A stretch of 64,000 nucleotides of DNA from an uncultured Verrucomicrobiae bacterium. Lineage in GTDB: Bacteria; Verrucomicrobiota; Verrucomicrobiia; Chthoniobacterales; Chthoniobacteraceae. The position numbers and the translations under genes were made by a program. Below, in pieces: positions 11,328 to 23,204 of this stretch; the first letter of the stretch is position 1, and each line of letters begins with the position of its first letter. Under the pieces are notes generated by a model. That model saw only the letters and a list, made by a program, of their open reading frames with translations. It was not told where the DNA came from and made no database searches. The DNA is taken from assembly GCA_963769025.1 (NCBI GenBank), contig CAVYKI010000002.1, forward strand, positions 128,001-192,000, written 5' to 3'.

Positions 11328-11521
11328 GGACCGCGTTCATCGCACACGAGGAGGCATCGGCAACGTGCAATCGTCCCACCGCCCCGCGCGCCAACGGCGG
11401 CAGGCTCCATGTCGCCCTCGCCGTTCAAAGCAGCGCATGCCTCCGGCGCCCCGAGAGCCAAGGCGGCTGCCAAATCAGCGGTTCACATTTCCGATATGAA
11501 CGTTACGATCAAGCGTTCACC

Positions 11522-12598
11522 ATGAACGCCTCTCCGGATTCCCCCAACCACTTTGAACGGATTCGTTCATGGGTAGCTGCGTCGCGCTTCGTGACCATTT
11601 CGCTCCTCATCCACGCGATCGTCGTCATCGTGGCTGGCAGCGTGGTGCTCTACAAGGTGACGCATGAGCCGCCGGACTTTGAATCCGATAGCGGAGGGCT
11701 GGTGGCGGACGACTTCCGAGCCAACGAACCACGGTCGGAGGCGCCAGAGAGTCCTCAGATCGCGCAAGCTGCCCCGCAAACTCCGATCCTGGCGGCTCCG
11801 GTGATTGCCATCGTGACGACGGCCCAGACTCCGGCATGGAAGGTGTCCGCGATCCCTGACGCTCAGATGCTCGGAGTTTCGGATTCGATCAAAGGCGCAA
11901 TGGCGTCCGTCGGAGGCACGGGAGCCGGGGGCATGGGAAATGGCGGCATCGGAACCGGGGGTCTGGGCCGGATGGGCGGCACGCGGACGGCGATGATTTT
12001 CGGCAAGAAAGTCACGGCTGCGAAACTGGGCGTGATCCTCGATGTTTCCGGCTCGGCTCACCCTCACCTGGCGGGCGCAGTCACGGAAATCCAGAAGGGT
12101 TTCGAGAACGCCACGCTCGTCCTCTATCCCGGATGCGGGATGATTAATTTCAACGGCACGTCGGGACACGAAATCCGCAAGTATTCGAGCATCACGAAGC
12201 GCGATCTCGAGAAGACCAAAGGCAATTTCACGACCCCCGGGCAGATCGCGAAAGCGCTGAAGATCGAAGAGTTTGAAAAAATGACGAAGCGCCCCACCGT
12301 GAAGGACAAGCTCTACGTGTCGTGGTTTGACGATGAGGGAGGCGACTCCGGGAAGCTGATCGGGCGGACGCAGGTGGCCTTCGACGACCTGGTCAAGCGT
12401 GGCGTGGACACGATCTACTGGTTCGCGGATTTCGCCGACAAGGTGGATGTCGAAGTGCTGGAAAAGCTCAGTTCCCAGTTGGAGGATCGGAAGATCACGC
12501 TCCACGTGCACAACTTCGCCGGGAAGAAAATCAACCCCCTGATCACCGCGATGGCCGAGAAGTCAGGCGGCACGGTGAACACCGAAAAGCCGCAGTAG
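11522..12598 (+). CDS. Membrane-anchored protein with Gly-rich linker and vWA-like domain
   Basis: N-terminal TM helix (SLLIHAIVV), Gly-rich stretch, ILDVSGS (DxSxS MIDAS-like), DTIYWFAD, AEKSGG. Confidence 0.6.
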   Translation: MNASPDSPNHFERIRSWVAASRFVTISLLIHAIVVIVAGSVVLYKVTHEPPDFESDSGGLVADDFRANEPRSEAPESPQIAQAAPQTPILAAPVIAIVTTAQTPAWKVSAIPDAQMLGVSDSIKGAMASVGGTGAGGMGNGGIGTGGLGRMGGTRTAMIFGKKVTAAKLGVILDVSGSAHPHLAGAVTEIQKGFENATLVLYPGCGMINFNGTSGHEIRKYSSITKRDLEKTKGNFTTPGQIAKALKIEEFEKMTKRPTVKDKLYVSWFDDEGGDSGKLIGRTQVAFDDLVKRGVDTIYWFADFADKVDVEVLEKLSSQLEDRKITLHVHNFAGKKINPLITAMAEKSGGTVNTEKPQ

Positions 12599-12603
12599 GC
12601 GGG

Positions 12604-13872
12604 TTACTCGAAGCGGATGCGCGCACTCCGCCCGTGGGCGTCGAGGCCTTCTATTCGGCTGAATTGCTCGATGGTCTCCACGCTTTTCGCGAGCGAGGCG
12701 CGGTCGAGGCGGATGATGCTCGTGCGGCGCTGGAACATGTCACTCATCAGTCCGGGGAAACTTTTTCCCGCGCCGCCCGTGGGCAGCGTGTGGCTCGGGC
12801 CGGCGACAAAATCGCCCGCGGCGACGGGCGACCAGCCGCCGAGGAAGATCGCGCCGCTCGTGCGGATGTCGCGGGCGATGGCGTCCTCGTTTTTCGCGAC
12901 GATGGAGATGTGCTCGGGCGCGAAGTCGTTCGCGATGGCGGTGCCGTCGGCGAGGGTTTTCACGAGGACGAGCGCGGCGTTTTGATCGAGGACGTCGGTG
13001 AGGTATTCGCGGCGGCTGAGCGTGGCGGCCTGGGCGCGGATTTGCTTCTCCACTTCGTGAGGAGGCTGCGCGCTGTCGGTGACGAAGAGGATGCTGCTGC
13101 CGTGGCCATGCTCGGCCTGCGCGAGGAGGTCGGCGGCGACCCACGCGGCGTTTGCGGTGGCGTCGGCGAGGACGAGGATTTCGCTCGGGCCGGGGAGGAG
13201 ATCGATGGCGCACTGGCCGAAGACCTGCCGCTTCGCCTCGACGACCCACGGGCTGCCGGGGCCGAAGATTTTCTGCACGGGCCGGATGGTCTTCGTGCCA
13301 TACGCGAGCGCGGCGACCGCCTGCGCGCCGCCGACGCGGTAGATTTCCGTCGCGCCCGCGTGGCGGAGCGCGAAGAGCAGCGCGGGATTCATCGAGCCGT
13401 CCTTGCCGCACGGCGTGACGGCGACGATCTCCGGGCAGCCCGCGGCGGCGGCGAGCGTGACGGTCATCACCGCAGTCGAGACGAGCGGCGCGGTGCCGCC
13501 GGGCACATACACGCCGACGCGCTGGAAGGGATCAAAGCGTTCGCCGACGCGCGCGCCCTGCGCGTTGCGTCCGCTCCACGACTTGCGGAGGCTCTTCTTG
13601 GCAAAGGCGAAGACGTTCTTGTGTGACATCGCGATGGCTTTCCGCGTCGCGGCATCCACGGACGCAGGCTCGGAGACGGCGAGTTGCGCGGGCTTCAGCT
13701 TCGACCCGCCGAACTTCTCCGTGAGTTCGATCAGCGCCGCATCGCCGCGCTTGCGGATGTCCGCAATGATGCCCGCGACCGTCTTGCGCACATCGTCCGT
13801 CGGCTCGGCATGGCGCTTGAGGGCGGCGAGGGCTTTTGCAAAACCGGGCTGTGAGTGGCGGAGAATCTTCAT
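12604..13872 (-). CDS. hisD: Histidinol dehydrogenase
   Basis: VGVYVPGGTA, GGAQAVAALAYGT, GPSE, LAQAEH, APEH, GPSHTLPTGG. Confidence 0.96.
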   Translation of the reverse strand: MKILRHSQPGFAKALAALKRHAEPTDDVRKTVAGIIADIRKRGDAALIELTEKFGGSKLKPAQLAVSEPASVDAATRKAIAMSHKNVFAFAKKSLRKSWSGRNAQGARVGERFDPFQRVGVYVPGGTAPLVSTAVMTVTLAAAAGCPEIVAVTPCGKDGSMNPALLFALRHAGATEIYRVGGAQAVAALAYGTKTIRPVQKIFGPGSPWVVEAKRQVFGQCAIDLLPGPSEILVLADATANAAWVAADLLAQAEHGHGSSILFVTDSAQPPHEVEKQIRAQAATLSRREYLTDVLDQNAALVLVKTLADGTAIANDFAPEHISIVAKNEDAIARDIRTSGAIFLGGWSPVAAGDFVAGPSHTLPTGGAGKSFPGLMSDMFQRRTSIIRLDRASLAKSVETIEQFSRIEGLDAHGRSARIRFE

Positions 13873-13942
13873 GCGCGCGCTGCTTGTAGCCGCTGCGGCG
13901 CTGCGCAGGCAAGCGGGACGCCCGCGGCGTCCGGCCTCGCGC

Positions 13943-15247
13943 TCACTTCACATTTTTCACCGCCAGCTTCATCGTCACGTCTGGCTCGGCCTTGAGATCG
14001 TTGAACAAGTAGGCCGTGATGGTGTCGCCGGCGAGGTGGTCCTTCAGCAGGTTGATGTGATAGACGAGTGCCGTCGCGGCGTCCTTTTTCACGACGACGT
14101 GCCCCTGGATGCGGCTGATGTCCACCTTGTGAAAGGCGCCCGCCCGCCAGTCCCAGCGGGTCTCGCGCTGCCACGCGGTTGAGTTGATTCCCGTCCTCAG
14201 CACCTCGGCGGCAATACCGGAGCCGGCCCATTTCTTTTTCACGATCTCGATCAGCGCCGCCTTGTCCGGGCCGTTGTAGCGGTCCTGCGGGGGCTGGTTG
14301 GATTGGACGATGTCGTCGTGCAGCGCGGCCTGCATGGTCTTCACTTTTGCGCGCGCGGCTTCGAGTTTCTGCCGGGCGGCGACCGTCGCCGGGGAATCGG
14401 GCGCCGCGGCGGCGAGGACATTCAGCCGGGTCTGCGCCTCGTCCAGGCGCTGATTCACGCCGCCGCCCTGGCCAAAGAACGCGTGCTTCTTCCCCGCGAC
14501 CGCGCCTTCGCCCATCTGGAGCGCATCGTCCACGCTCTTGCCGACGGCCGCAGGCGCGCTGGCGACGAAACCCTTCAGCGCGGTGTCGAACCTGCCAAAG
14601 ACCTCGTCGAAGTAACGAAGCACGGAGTTCATGTCCTTTGCCTCGGGCGTCGTCTGCTTGAGCAGGTCGGCGTATTTCGCGGCGATGCGCTTGCGCTCCT
14701 CCTGCACCGGCAGGATCAGCTTGATGGTTTCGATCGCCGCTTCCGGCTGGGTTTCGATGACCTGCGGATTGGCGAATGTCGCGTTGATCTCGCGCAGTCG
14801 GTCAAAGTCGGCCTTCCACCCGGCTCCGCCGCCTTTCGCGACCACGCCGGCGAGCGCGTTGCGGATCTCGGTGAGCTTCCTGTCCTGCGCGTCGAGTTCG
14901 GCCCTGGCCTTGTCAAAGCGTGCCTGCTCCACCTTCACGTCGGGATGCTCGGCCGGAAGTTGCTTCAGGCGGGCCTCGGTGTTCGTGAGGTACTGCGCGA
15001 GGCGGGTCTTGTTGGCCAGCAGGTTGTCCACGTCCTGAATCTGCACCGAGGCATCCCCGACTTTCATCCCGGCGGATTTCTGCGCGATCAGCCCGGTCGT
15101 TCCTTCGACCTGACTCAGGTAATAGCGCGCGTCCTTGATCGCCTGCTCCTGCCGATAGTCGAGCCGCTTCGTCGCAGGTTGCGCCGTCGCGCCGTTGAGG
15201 ACGATGAGCATCAACAGCGGAGCCAGTATCGGGTGAAACGCATTCAT
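13943..15247 (-). CDS. Secreted hypothetical protein, helical N-region with alpha/beta C-terminal domain
   Basis: 434-aa ORF with signal peptide and host-like codon bias; family not recognised. Confidence 0.75.
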   Translation of the reverse strand: MNAFHPILAPLLMLIVLNGATAQPATKRLDYRQEQAIKDARYYLSQVEGTTGLIAQKSAGMKVGDASVQIQDVDNLLANKTRLAQYLTNTEARLKQLPAEHPDVKVEQARFDKARAELDAQDRKLTEIRNALAGVVAKGGGAGWKADFDRLREINATFANPQVIETQPEAAIETIKLILPVQEERKRIAAKYADLLKQTTPEAKDMNSVLRYFDEVFGRFDTALKGFVASAPAAVGKSVDDALQMGEGAVAGKKHAFFGQGGGVNQRLDEAQTRLNVLAAAAPDSPATVAARQKLEAARAKVKTMQAALHDDIVQSNQPPQDRYNGPDKAALIEIVKKKWAGSGIAAEVLRTGINSTAWQRETRWDWRAGAFHKVDISRIQGHVVVKKDAATALVYHINLLKDHLAGDTITAYLFNDLKAEPDVTMKLAVKNVK

Positions 15248-15647
15248 GGGAGTGTTTGGAGTTTTCCGTTGTGCAGTGGAATGGAGGGAAGCTCGAAGAG
15301 GACTGGAGTCGCCATATTGCTTTTGTACGGCGGATTTCGGGAGTGGAAAATTCCGACGCAGCGAAACTCATTCGCCCCGTTTGATGCCCGGGATTTTGGC
15401 GGTTCGGCATCCGGTACCAAGCTTTTTGGCGGCGAGTCGCATTTGGATCGCCCGTTCCAGCCCGCGTGACTCAGCCTCCGCGGTGACACGGCAGAAAAGA
15501 AGGCGATCCCATCCCCTTGAGTTCCCCAGTCACGGAATTGAAATGTTGTTCCAATTTTTGCCCGGCCTTGCGTAGTTTGCGCTCCGCACTGGCGACGCCC
15601 CGTCACGACGACGGGATCGCCAGTGCCTCCTTGTTGAACCTTTACCT

Positions 15648-16961
15648 ATGACCATCCCTTCAAATCCCAACCGAAAGTTCCGCCGAGTAGCCCTTCTTTT
15701 TGCAGGAGGGCCGGCTCCCGCTGCAAACGCGGTGATTTCCACCTGTGCGGCCTCGTTTGTGCGGAATGGGATTAGTGCGATTGGAATCAAGCACGGCTAC
15801 TCGGCGCTGGCCGAGTATTCACCGGACAAGCCGCTGGAAGCGGGCCGCGACTACATCGAGTTGGATTTTGCCGCCCTCCGCCGGACGCGCAACTCGCAGG
15901 GCATCCTGATCGGCACCGCACGCACGAACCCCGGCAAGAACATTTCCAGCCCGGCGCACCTCGAGGATGCCGAGCGTGTGGCGCCGCTGCGGCGCGTTTA
16001 CGAAGGGCTCTGCTCGCTGGGCGTGGACGCCCTGATCTCGATCGGCGGCGATGACACGCTGAAGACGGCCAACAAGTTCAAGCTGTTCCAGGACAAGTTG
16101 CCAGCCGACGCCCACCGGATTCCGGTCGTCCACGTCCCGAAGACGATCGACAACGACTACGCCGGCATTGATTTCACCTTCGGCTATTTCACCGCCGTGG
16201 AGACGCTGGCGGGCGAAGTCCGCAACCTCCTCTTCGACGCCGAGGCGAACCGCGCGTATTTCCTCGCCGAGACGATGGGCCGCAGTGCCGGCTGGCTGGC
16301 CTACGGGGTCGCGATCGCCGGTGAGGCGAGCATGGTCCTGAGCGTCGAGGACATCATCGGCGATCTGCGTGAGGAAGAGACCACGACGGACGCCAAGACC
16401 GGGAAGTCGAAGACCAAGGCCATCATGAACATGGACCGCGTTGTCGCCCGGATCGTGGACATGATGGAGGCTCGCGAAAAGGCGGGCCGGAACTTCGGCG
16501 TGATCATCCTGGCGGAGGGACTCGCCGAATTTTTGCCCGCGAAGTATCTCAGCAACGTGCAACGTGACGACCATGGCCACATCGCGATTTCGCAGGTCAA
16601 TCTCGGCCAGCGTTTCGCCCAGCTCGTCGCGGACGCATACAAGGCGCGCACGAAGCGGACGCGGAAAGTCACCGGCATCCAGCTCGGCTACGAGTCCCGC
16701 TGCGCCAAACCCCACGCCTTCGACGTGATGCTGGGAAGCCAGCTCGGCGTCGGCGCCTACCGGGCCTTGGTGGAAAATGGAGCCAACGGCGTGATGGTTT
16801 CCGTCGTCGGCCAACTGGACCTGCACTACGTCCCTTTCACCGATCTGATCGACCCGCAGACGCTCGTGACTGTCGTCCGCTACATCGATCCAAACAAAGA
16901 CTTCCACAAGCTCGCCCGCTTCCTGGAAACGTACGCGGCAAAAGAGCCGTCATCCGTGTAA
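15648..16961 (+). CDS. pfp: 6-phosphofructokinase, probably PPi-dependent
   Basis: GGPAP, GGDDT, PKTIDND, ETMGRSAGW, LGYESR; Asp in GGDD plus Lys in PKTIDND indicate the PPi type. Confidence 0.85.
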   Translation: MTIPSNPNRKFRRVALLFAGGPAPAANAVISTCAASFVRNGISAIGIKHGYSALAEYSPDKPLEAGRDYIELDFAALRRTRNSQGILIGTARTNPGKNISSPAHLEDAERVAPLRRVYEGLCSLGVDALISIGGDDTLKTANKFKLFQDKLPADAHRIPVVHVPKTIDNDYAGIDFTFGYFTAVETLAGEVRNLLFDAEANRAYFLAETMGRSAGWLAYGVAIAGEASMVLSVEDIIGDLREEETTTDAKTGKSKTKAIMNMDRVVARIVDMMEAREKAGRNFGVIILAEGLAEFLPAKYLSNVQRDDHGHIAISQVNLGQRFAQLVADAYKARTKRTRKVTGIQLGYESRCAKPHAFDVMLGSQLGVGAYRALVENGANGVMVSVVGQLDLHYVPFTDLIDPQTLVTVVRYIDPNKDFHKLARFLETYAAKEPSSV

Positions 16962-17128
16962 CGACCGCGCCATCGCGATGGAAGGTGTGGGTGTCGGGGA
17001 TTGCCCTGCCCGTGCGGCGGTTTCCGTGATGTCGACGCGTAATCGCCGCTTTTGCCTGGCTGCTTGACCGCCCACGCGGCGGTACGAGGTGCCGAAAATT
17101 CGGAGCGCAGTCGCGCGCGGAGTCCGGA

Positions 17129-19898
17129 TCAACTCGCGGCGACGGCTTCCGGCTGCGCAGCCTTCTTCTCCACCGGCGCGCTCACCCGCTCCACATCCAC
17201 GGCGACGACTTTGTATTCGGGGCACATGGTGTCTTCGTCGCACTCGCTGCTGGTGACGACGTTCACGAGGTGTTCGGGGAAGTGGAAGGTGGTGTAGAGG
17301 ATGCCGGGTTTCACTTCGTCGGAGACCTTGGCGTGGATTCGCACTTCGCCGCGGGCGGAGAAGATGCGGACGAGGTCGCCGGTCGGCGATGTCCTTTTTC
17401 GCGGCGTCGGCGGGGTGGATGGCGAGGATGTCCTCGGTGACGATGCGGGCGTTGCCGGTGCGGCGGGTCATGGTGCCGCAGTTGTAGTGCTCCAGCACGC
17501 GGCCGGTGGTGAGGATGAAGGGGAATTCGCCGTGGTGCTGCACGATTTCGCGCGATTCCTGGAAGCGGAAGAAGTGGAACTTGCCGAGGCCGCGCTTGAA
17601 GGTGTCGGTGTGGAGGATTTCGGTGCCGATGCAGCCTTCCTGGATGGGCCATTGCTTGCCGTTGTCGCCGAGTTTTTCCCACACGGCGCCTTTGAAAAAC
17701 GGGACGACGCGGGCGATTTCGGCGAGGACGCCGTCGGGCGTGTAGTCGGGCTGCGGGATGCCCATGCGGTTCATGATGTCCACGACGATCTGGCCGTCGG
17801 TCTTCGTGCCGGCGAGCGGCGGGATGACTTCGTTCACGCGCTGCACGCGGCGCTCGCCATTGGTGAAGGTGCCGCTCTTTTCAAAGAACGATGCGCCGGG
17901 CAGCACGACGTTGGCGAACTTCGCGGTCTCTGATCATGAAGATTTCCTGCACGACGAGGAACTCGAGCGAGTTGAGCGCCTTCTTCACGTGCTCGGTGTT
18001 CGGGTCGGTCTGCACGAGGTCCTGGCCCATGACCCAGATGGCCTTCAATTTTCCCGCGAGCGCGGCGTCATACATCTGCGGGATCTTGAGGCCGATCTGG
18101 TCGGACATTTTCGCGCCGTAGAACTGCTCATACATCGCGTGGTTCGCGGGATCGTTCACCTGCAAATAGCCCGCGCCCTGGTGCGGCTGGCAGCCCATGT
18201 CGGCGGTGCCCTGCACGTTGTTCTGCCCGCGCAACGGGTTCACGCCGACGCCGCGGCGGCCGATGTTGCCGGTCATCATCGCGATGTCGGCGATGAGCAT
18301 GATGGTCTTCGAGCCGTGCGTGTGCTCGGTGACGCCGAGGCCGTGGAAGGCCATCGCGTTTTCCGCGTTCGCGTATTCGAGCGCGGCGGCCTTCACGAGG
18401 TTGCGATCGACGCCGTGGATTTTCTCCAGTTCGTCGAGGTCGAGCGAGCGGAGGCCGGCTTCGAACTCGGCCCAGTTCTCGCAGCGCTTCTCGATGAAGT
18501 CGCGATCCACGAGCCCGGCTTCGAGGATGTAATAGGCGAACATGTCGAGCAGCGCGACGTTCGTGCCGGGGCGGAGCTGGAGGTGATACTTCGCAAATTT
18601 CACGATCTCGATCTCGCGCGGGTCGATGATGATGAGCGGCACGCCCTTCATCGCGCGCTGCTTGATCTTCGCGCCGGTCACGGGATGGCCCTCGGTCGGG
18701 TTCGCGCCGATGACGAGGATGCAGTTCGTGTATTGCAGATCGATCGACCGAGTTCGTCGCCGCGCCGGTGCCGAATGCCTTCTGCATGCCCCACGCCGTC
18801 GGCGAATGGCAGACGCGCGCGCAGGCATCGATGTTGTTCGTGCCGAACGCGACGCGGATGAATTTCTGCATGAGGTAGTTTTCCTCATTCGTGCAGCGCG
18901 CCGACGAAATGCCGCCGACCGCATCGCCGCCGTGCTCGGCCTTGATGCGCTTCAAATTCGCCGCGATGTGATCATACGCCTCGTCCCACGTGGCCTCGAC
19001 GAAGTGGCCGTTGGTGCGGATGAGCGGCTTCCGCAGGCGGTCGGGGTGGTTGTAAAACTTGAACGCGTAGCGGCCCTTGAGGCAGGTGTGCGCCGCGTTC
19101 ACCTCGGCGTCGAACGGCGCCTGGATGGAGAGAATCTCGTTGCCCTTCGTGGCGACCTCCAGGTTGCAGCCGACGCCGCAGTAGGTGCAGATCGTGCGCG
19201 TCTTCTTCGTCGCCTCGATGGCCTTCGATTTGAACGATGTCCGAAATCGCCGAGGTCGGGCACGCCTGCGAACACGCGCCGCACGACACGCACGGCGAAT
19301 CCTCGAACGAGACATCGAGCCCCTTGATGATGCGCGCATCGAAACCGCGCCCGTGCATCGAGAGCACGAACTGCCCCTGCACCTCGTCGCACGCGCGCAC
19401 GCAGCGGGAGCAGTTGATGCACTTCGAGAGGTCCGAAGTCATGTAGGGGTGCGAGAGGTCCTTCTTGCGGTCGAGATGGTTTTTGCCCGCCGGATAGCGC
19501 ACGCTGCGGATGCCGACTTTCGCCGCGACGGTCTGCAGCTCGCAGTTGCCGTTCACTTCGCAGGTGAGGCAGTCGAGCGGATGATCGGTGAGCACCAGTT
19601 CGACGATGTTCCGCCGCAGCCCGCGCATCTTCTGCGACTCGGTGAAGATGTGCATCCCCGCCGTGAGCGGCGTGTGGCACGAGGCGACGACGCGGCGCGG
19701 GCCGTCGGCGCTCTGCGCGATTTCGACGGAGCAGACGCGGCAAGCGCCGTAGGGCTTGAGCTGCGGCGCATCGCAGAGCGTCGGCACATGCCCGCGCCCG
19801 CGATGGCGGTCGATGAAATTGAGCAGCGTGTCGCCGTCCTCGAACTGCTGCGGCGTGCCGTCGATGTAGGCGGTGATGGTGGCGAGATCCTGGACCAT
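17129..19898 (-). CDS. fdhF: Formate dehydrogenase alpha subunit, FdsA/FdhF type (frameshifts near 19232, 18745, 17930, 17383)
   Basis: N-terminal 2Fe-2S and 4Fe-4S Cys motifs, CTYCGVGC, NNIDACARVCH, PLRGQNNVQG, LTTGRVLEHYN, PEYK. Confidence 0.93.
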
Positions 19899-19910
19899 GG
19901 TCGTGATGAG

Positions 19911-21592
19911 TTAGCGCCTGGCGGTTGCGCTGCTTAGGAAAGGGCGAAGCTCGTCCTCGAAATATTGCAGCGCATTCTTGATCGGCAAGGGCACGCCGCC
20001 GCCGAGGGCGCAGAGGGAGGTCAGCTCCATCGTGTCGAGCAGGTCGTCAATGAGCGTGCGGTCGATCTTGTAGCTGCTGTCGCTGCGCGCCTTCGCGACG
20101 AGTTCCGCGCCGCGCGTGCTGCCGAGGCGGCAGGGGAAGCATTTGCCGCAGCTCTCGTCGGCGGTGAACTGGAAGAGGTGCTGGATGTATTCGATCATCG
20201 GGAACGACTCCGGGATGCTCACGACGCCCGCGTGGCCGAGCAGGAATCCGGCCTTCTTGAACGACTCGAAATCCACGGTGAGATCGCCGATTTTCTCCAC
20301 CGGCACGATGCCGCCGAGCGGGCCGCCGATTTGGATCGCCTTGATCTTCGTCTTGAAGCCGCCCGCGAGCGCGACCACGTCGGCGAGCGGCGTGCCCATC
20401 GCGACTTCGTAGATGCCGGGCTTTGCGAAATGGCTGTCGAGCGAGAGCAGCTTCGGCCCGGTGCTCTGCGCGGTGCCGATTTTCGCGTAGCCCTTGCCGC
20501 CGAGCGTGAGGATCGCGTGGAGGTTCGAGAAGGTCTCGACGTTGTTCACGATCGTGGGCTTGCGGTAGAGCCCCTCGACCGTCGGGAAGGGCGGACGCAC
20601 GCGGACCTCGGGACGCTGGCCTTCGATGCTCGCGAGCAGCGCCGTCTCCTCGCCGCAGATGTAGGCGCCCGCGCCCTTGATCGTCTTCAGCGCAAAATCG
20701 AATCCGCTCCCGAGGATGTTCTTCCCGAGCAATCCCGCGGCGTGCAAGCTCCGCGATGGCCGCATTCACGATGCGCATCGAATCCGGATACTCCGCGCGG
20801 ATGTAGAGCATGCCGACCTCCGCGCCCGCGAACCAGCCCGCGACCATCATGCCGAGCAGCACCGAGTGCGGCTGCTGCTCCATGAGATACTTGTCGATGT
20901 AGGCGCCGGGATCGCCCTCGTCGGCATTGCAGACGATGTACTTCACCGCGCCCTCGGCTCGCGCGGCACGACGACCATTTGAAATGCAGCGGAAAACCCG
21001 CGCCGCCGCGTCCGCGCAGGCCGGAGTCCTTGCAGTTCGCCCGCGAGCCAGTCGCGATCGCGTTCGCGAGCAACTCGCGGAACGGCTCGTAGTATTCCTC
21101 GACGCCGGGAAACGGCGCGGTGAGTTGCGGCGGCTGCAGATGCGACACGACCTCGTAGCGATCCTCCGAATCGCCTTTGCCCGTCGAAAAAAGCGACTTC
21201 AGCGCCGCGTCCGGCTGTCCTGAGTAGTTCTTTTCCTGATACTGAAACGCGCCGCCCGTATGGCAGCGCCCGAGACAGCAGATATGGCCGATTTCCTCCT
21301 CCTTGAAATGCCCGCCCAGCGCATCGTGCAGCCTGTCCTGCGTCCCCGCGCACAGGCACGCCGAGCCGTTGCAGACGAAGACCTTCTTCCCCGCGTTTTC
21401 CTTTTTCAGAAAGTCGTAAAACGAAACCGCCCCGAGCGTGAATGCGTCGCCAAAAAGGGACTCTTCGCCAAGCTGCCGCACTGTCTCGGGATTGGCCGCG
21501 GTACCCGTTTTTTCCGCAGCCTCCACCATTCGCTCGAAGAGGTTTTTTTCGGCGCTTTTTCGAAACGCAAGGGCGCTGAGGTTTTCAGACAT
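19911..21592 (-). CDS. NuoE-NuoF-like fused diaphorase subunit of NAD-dependent FDH (frameshifted)
   Basis: VCNGSAC and CLGRC (NuoE-like); SGLRGRGGAGFP, CNADEGDPG, GAGAYICGEETAL, ESCGKCFPCRLG (NuoF). Confidence 0.9.
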
Positions 21593-21825
21593 GAATCGGG
21601 CGGGGTGGGAGGCTCCATTACTCAGAGCACGGACGCTCCCGTATGGCCAGCCGCGTTGTGCCGTGCGGAGATCCTTTTTTTGCCGGAGGCGATCCAAGGT
21701 GTGGAACCGGACTGCACACCGAGGCGTATCAGCCAAGATCGACGGGGCTTCGCCCGCTCCGATCATAAGACGCTTGGCTCCCTTGTCTTGAACCGTAGAG
21801 TCGCCATGAATCTCCCCCTCCAAAC

Positions 21826-23100
21826 ATGCATCGCTTGTCGTTGAAAATATCGTCGCAATTCGCGGCCGTCGTCCTCCTTGGATTGAGCATGGCGGTGGCT
21901 GCGGAGCCTTTGACGGTCACATCGGACTTCGAAGGTGGGTCGGTCAGCGCGGTGGAAATTGATAACGTCGCGCGCAGCATCAGCTTCATGCCCGGTGGCG
22001 ATCCGACGCGCGGCTGGCCGTGCTGGTGGTTTTTTCGCGTGAACGGGCTGACGCCCGGCGAGACGATCACCCTGCGACTGCGCGGCTCGACGGCCACGGT
22101 GCCGAAGGCGGGCGCGCCGCTCTCGAAACCACTCGCCGCCTCGTGGGCGATGCCGGCGCAGGCGACATTTTCCACCGACGGCACGACGTGGCTGCACACG
22201 GAGAAAGGGACGAAAGAGGAGGACCGGATGAGCTATGCGATCAAGGCGGAGGCCACCTCGGTGTTTGTCGCGTGGGGGCCGCCGTACACGCCGGGGACCG
22301 CCGCGAAGTTCGTTCGCGAGATGAGCGAGAAATCCCCGCACGCGAAGGCCGGGGAACTTTGTCGTTCGCGTGAGAATCGCGCCGTCCCGATGCTGCATGT
22401 GCAGGAGGGCGGGCGGACGAAGGAGCAGCGCTTCGGCGTGTGGATGCAGGCGCGCCAGCATGCGTGGGAGAGCGGTTCGAGCTGGGTGGCGCAGGGTTTT
22501 GGCGAGTGGCTGCTCAGCGAGAATGAGGATGCCGCGTGGCTGCGGCAGCACGCGGAGATTTTCATCGTCCCGATCATGGATGTGGACAACACCGCGACGG
22601 GAAATGGCGGAAAGGACGCGCAGCCTCAGGATCACAACCGCGACTGGTCACCGCAGCCGCATTGGAACGAAGTCGTCGCGGCGCAGAGAATGGTGGGCGG
22701 CCTGATTCGCGAAGGCCGCATGGACGTCTTTCTGGACCTGCATAATCCGGCGCCCGGAGATCCCACCTTCTTCTACATTCTGCCGCCCGACTTGTTGAAG
22801 GAGCCGATGATCGGTCTGCGCGACCGTTTCATTGCGCTGGCGTATTCGCGCATCAGCAAGATCAAACCGCTGATGCCCATGAGCAGCAAACCCAAGATGA
22901 CCGGCGCGGGCTATCACCCGCTGTGGCGGCAGATCAGTGCGAACTGGGTGAGCATGAATGGCAATCCGCACACCGTCAGCCTTTGCCTGGAGACGATGTG
23001 GAATTACCAAAACAGCACGACAACGGGCTACCGCGCAGTCGGGGCCAATCTCGCCGCAGCCGTGCGGGATTATCTCGCAGAACGTCCCGCCCGGCCGTGA
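21826..23100 (+). CDS. M14 family zinc carboxypeptidase, secreted
   Basis: Signal peptide; SDFEGG, ARQHAWE (HxxE), NRDW, LDLH. Confidence 0.85.
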   Translation: MHRLSLKISSQFAAVVLLGLSMAVAAEPLTVTSDFEGGSVSAVEIDNVARSISFMPGGDPTRGWPCWWFFRVNGLTPGETITLRLRGSTATVPKAGAPLSKPLAASWAMPAQATFSTDGTTWLHTEKGTKEEDRMSYAIKAEATSVFVAWGPPYTPGTAAKFVREMSEKSPHAKAGELCRSRENRAVPMLHVQEGGRTKEQRFGVWMQARQHAWESGSSWVAQGFGEWLLSENEDAAWLRQHAEIFIVPIMDVDNTATGNGGKDAQPQDHNRDWSPQPHWNEVVAAQRMVGGLIREGRMDVFLDLHNPAPGDPTFFYILPPDLLKEPMIGLRDRFIALAYSRISKIKPLMPMSSKPKMTGAGYHPLWRQISANWVSMNGNPHTVSLCLETMWNYQNSTTTGYRAVGANLAAAVRDYLAERPARP

Positions 23101-23204
23101 TGGAATGCCCGATGGGCGATGCCGGCCCCGAAAACTTCAGAGCCGCGTGGATGTGATATCCCCGCGGCTCTGTCTGGTAAATCGGCCCGTGTCAGCGACG
23201 TTTT

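Noticed and set aside
18790..18840. Selenocysteine in formate dehydrogenase
   Set aside because: The active-site codon is TGC (ARVCH), not TGA.
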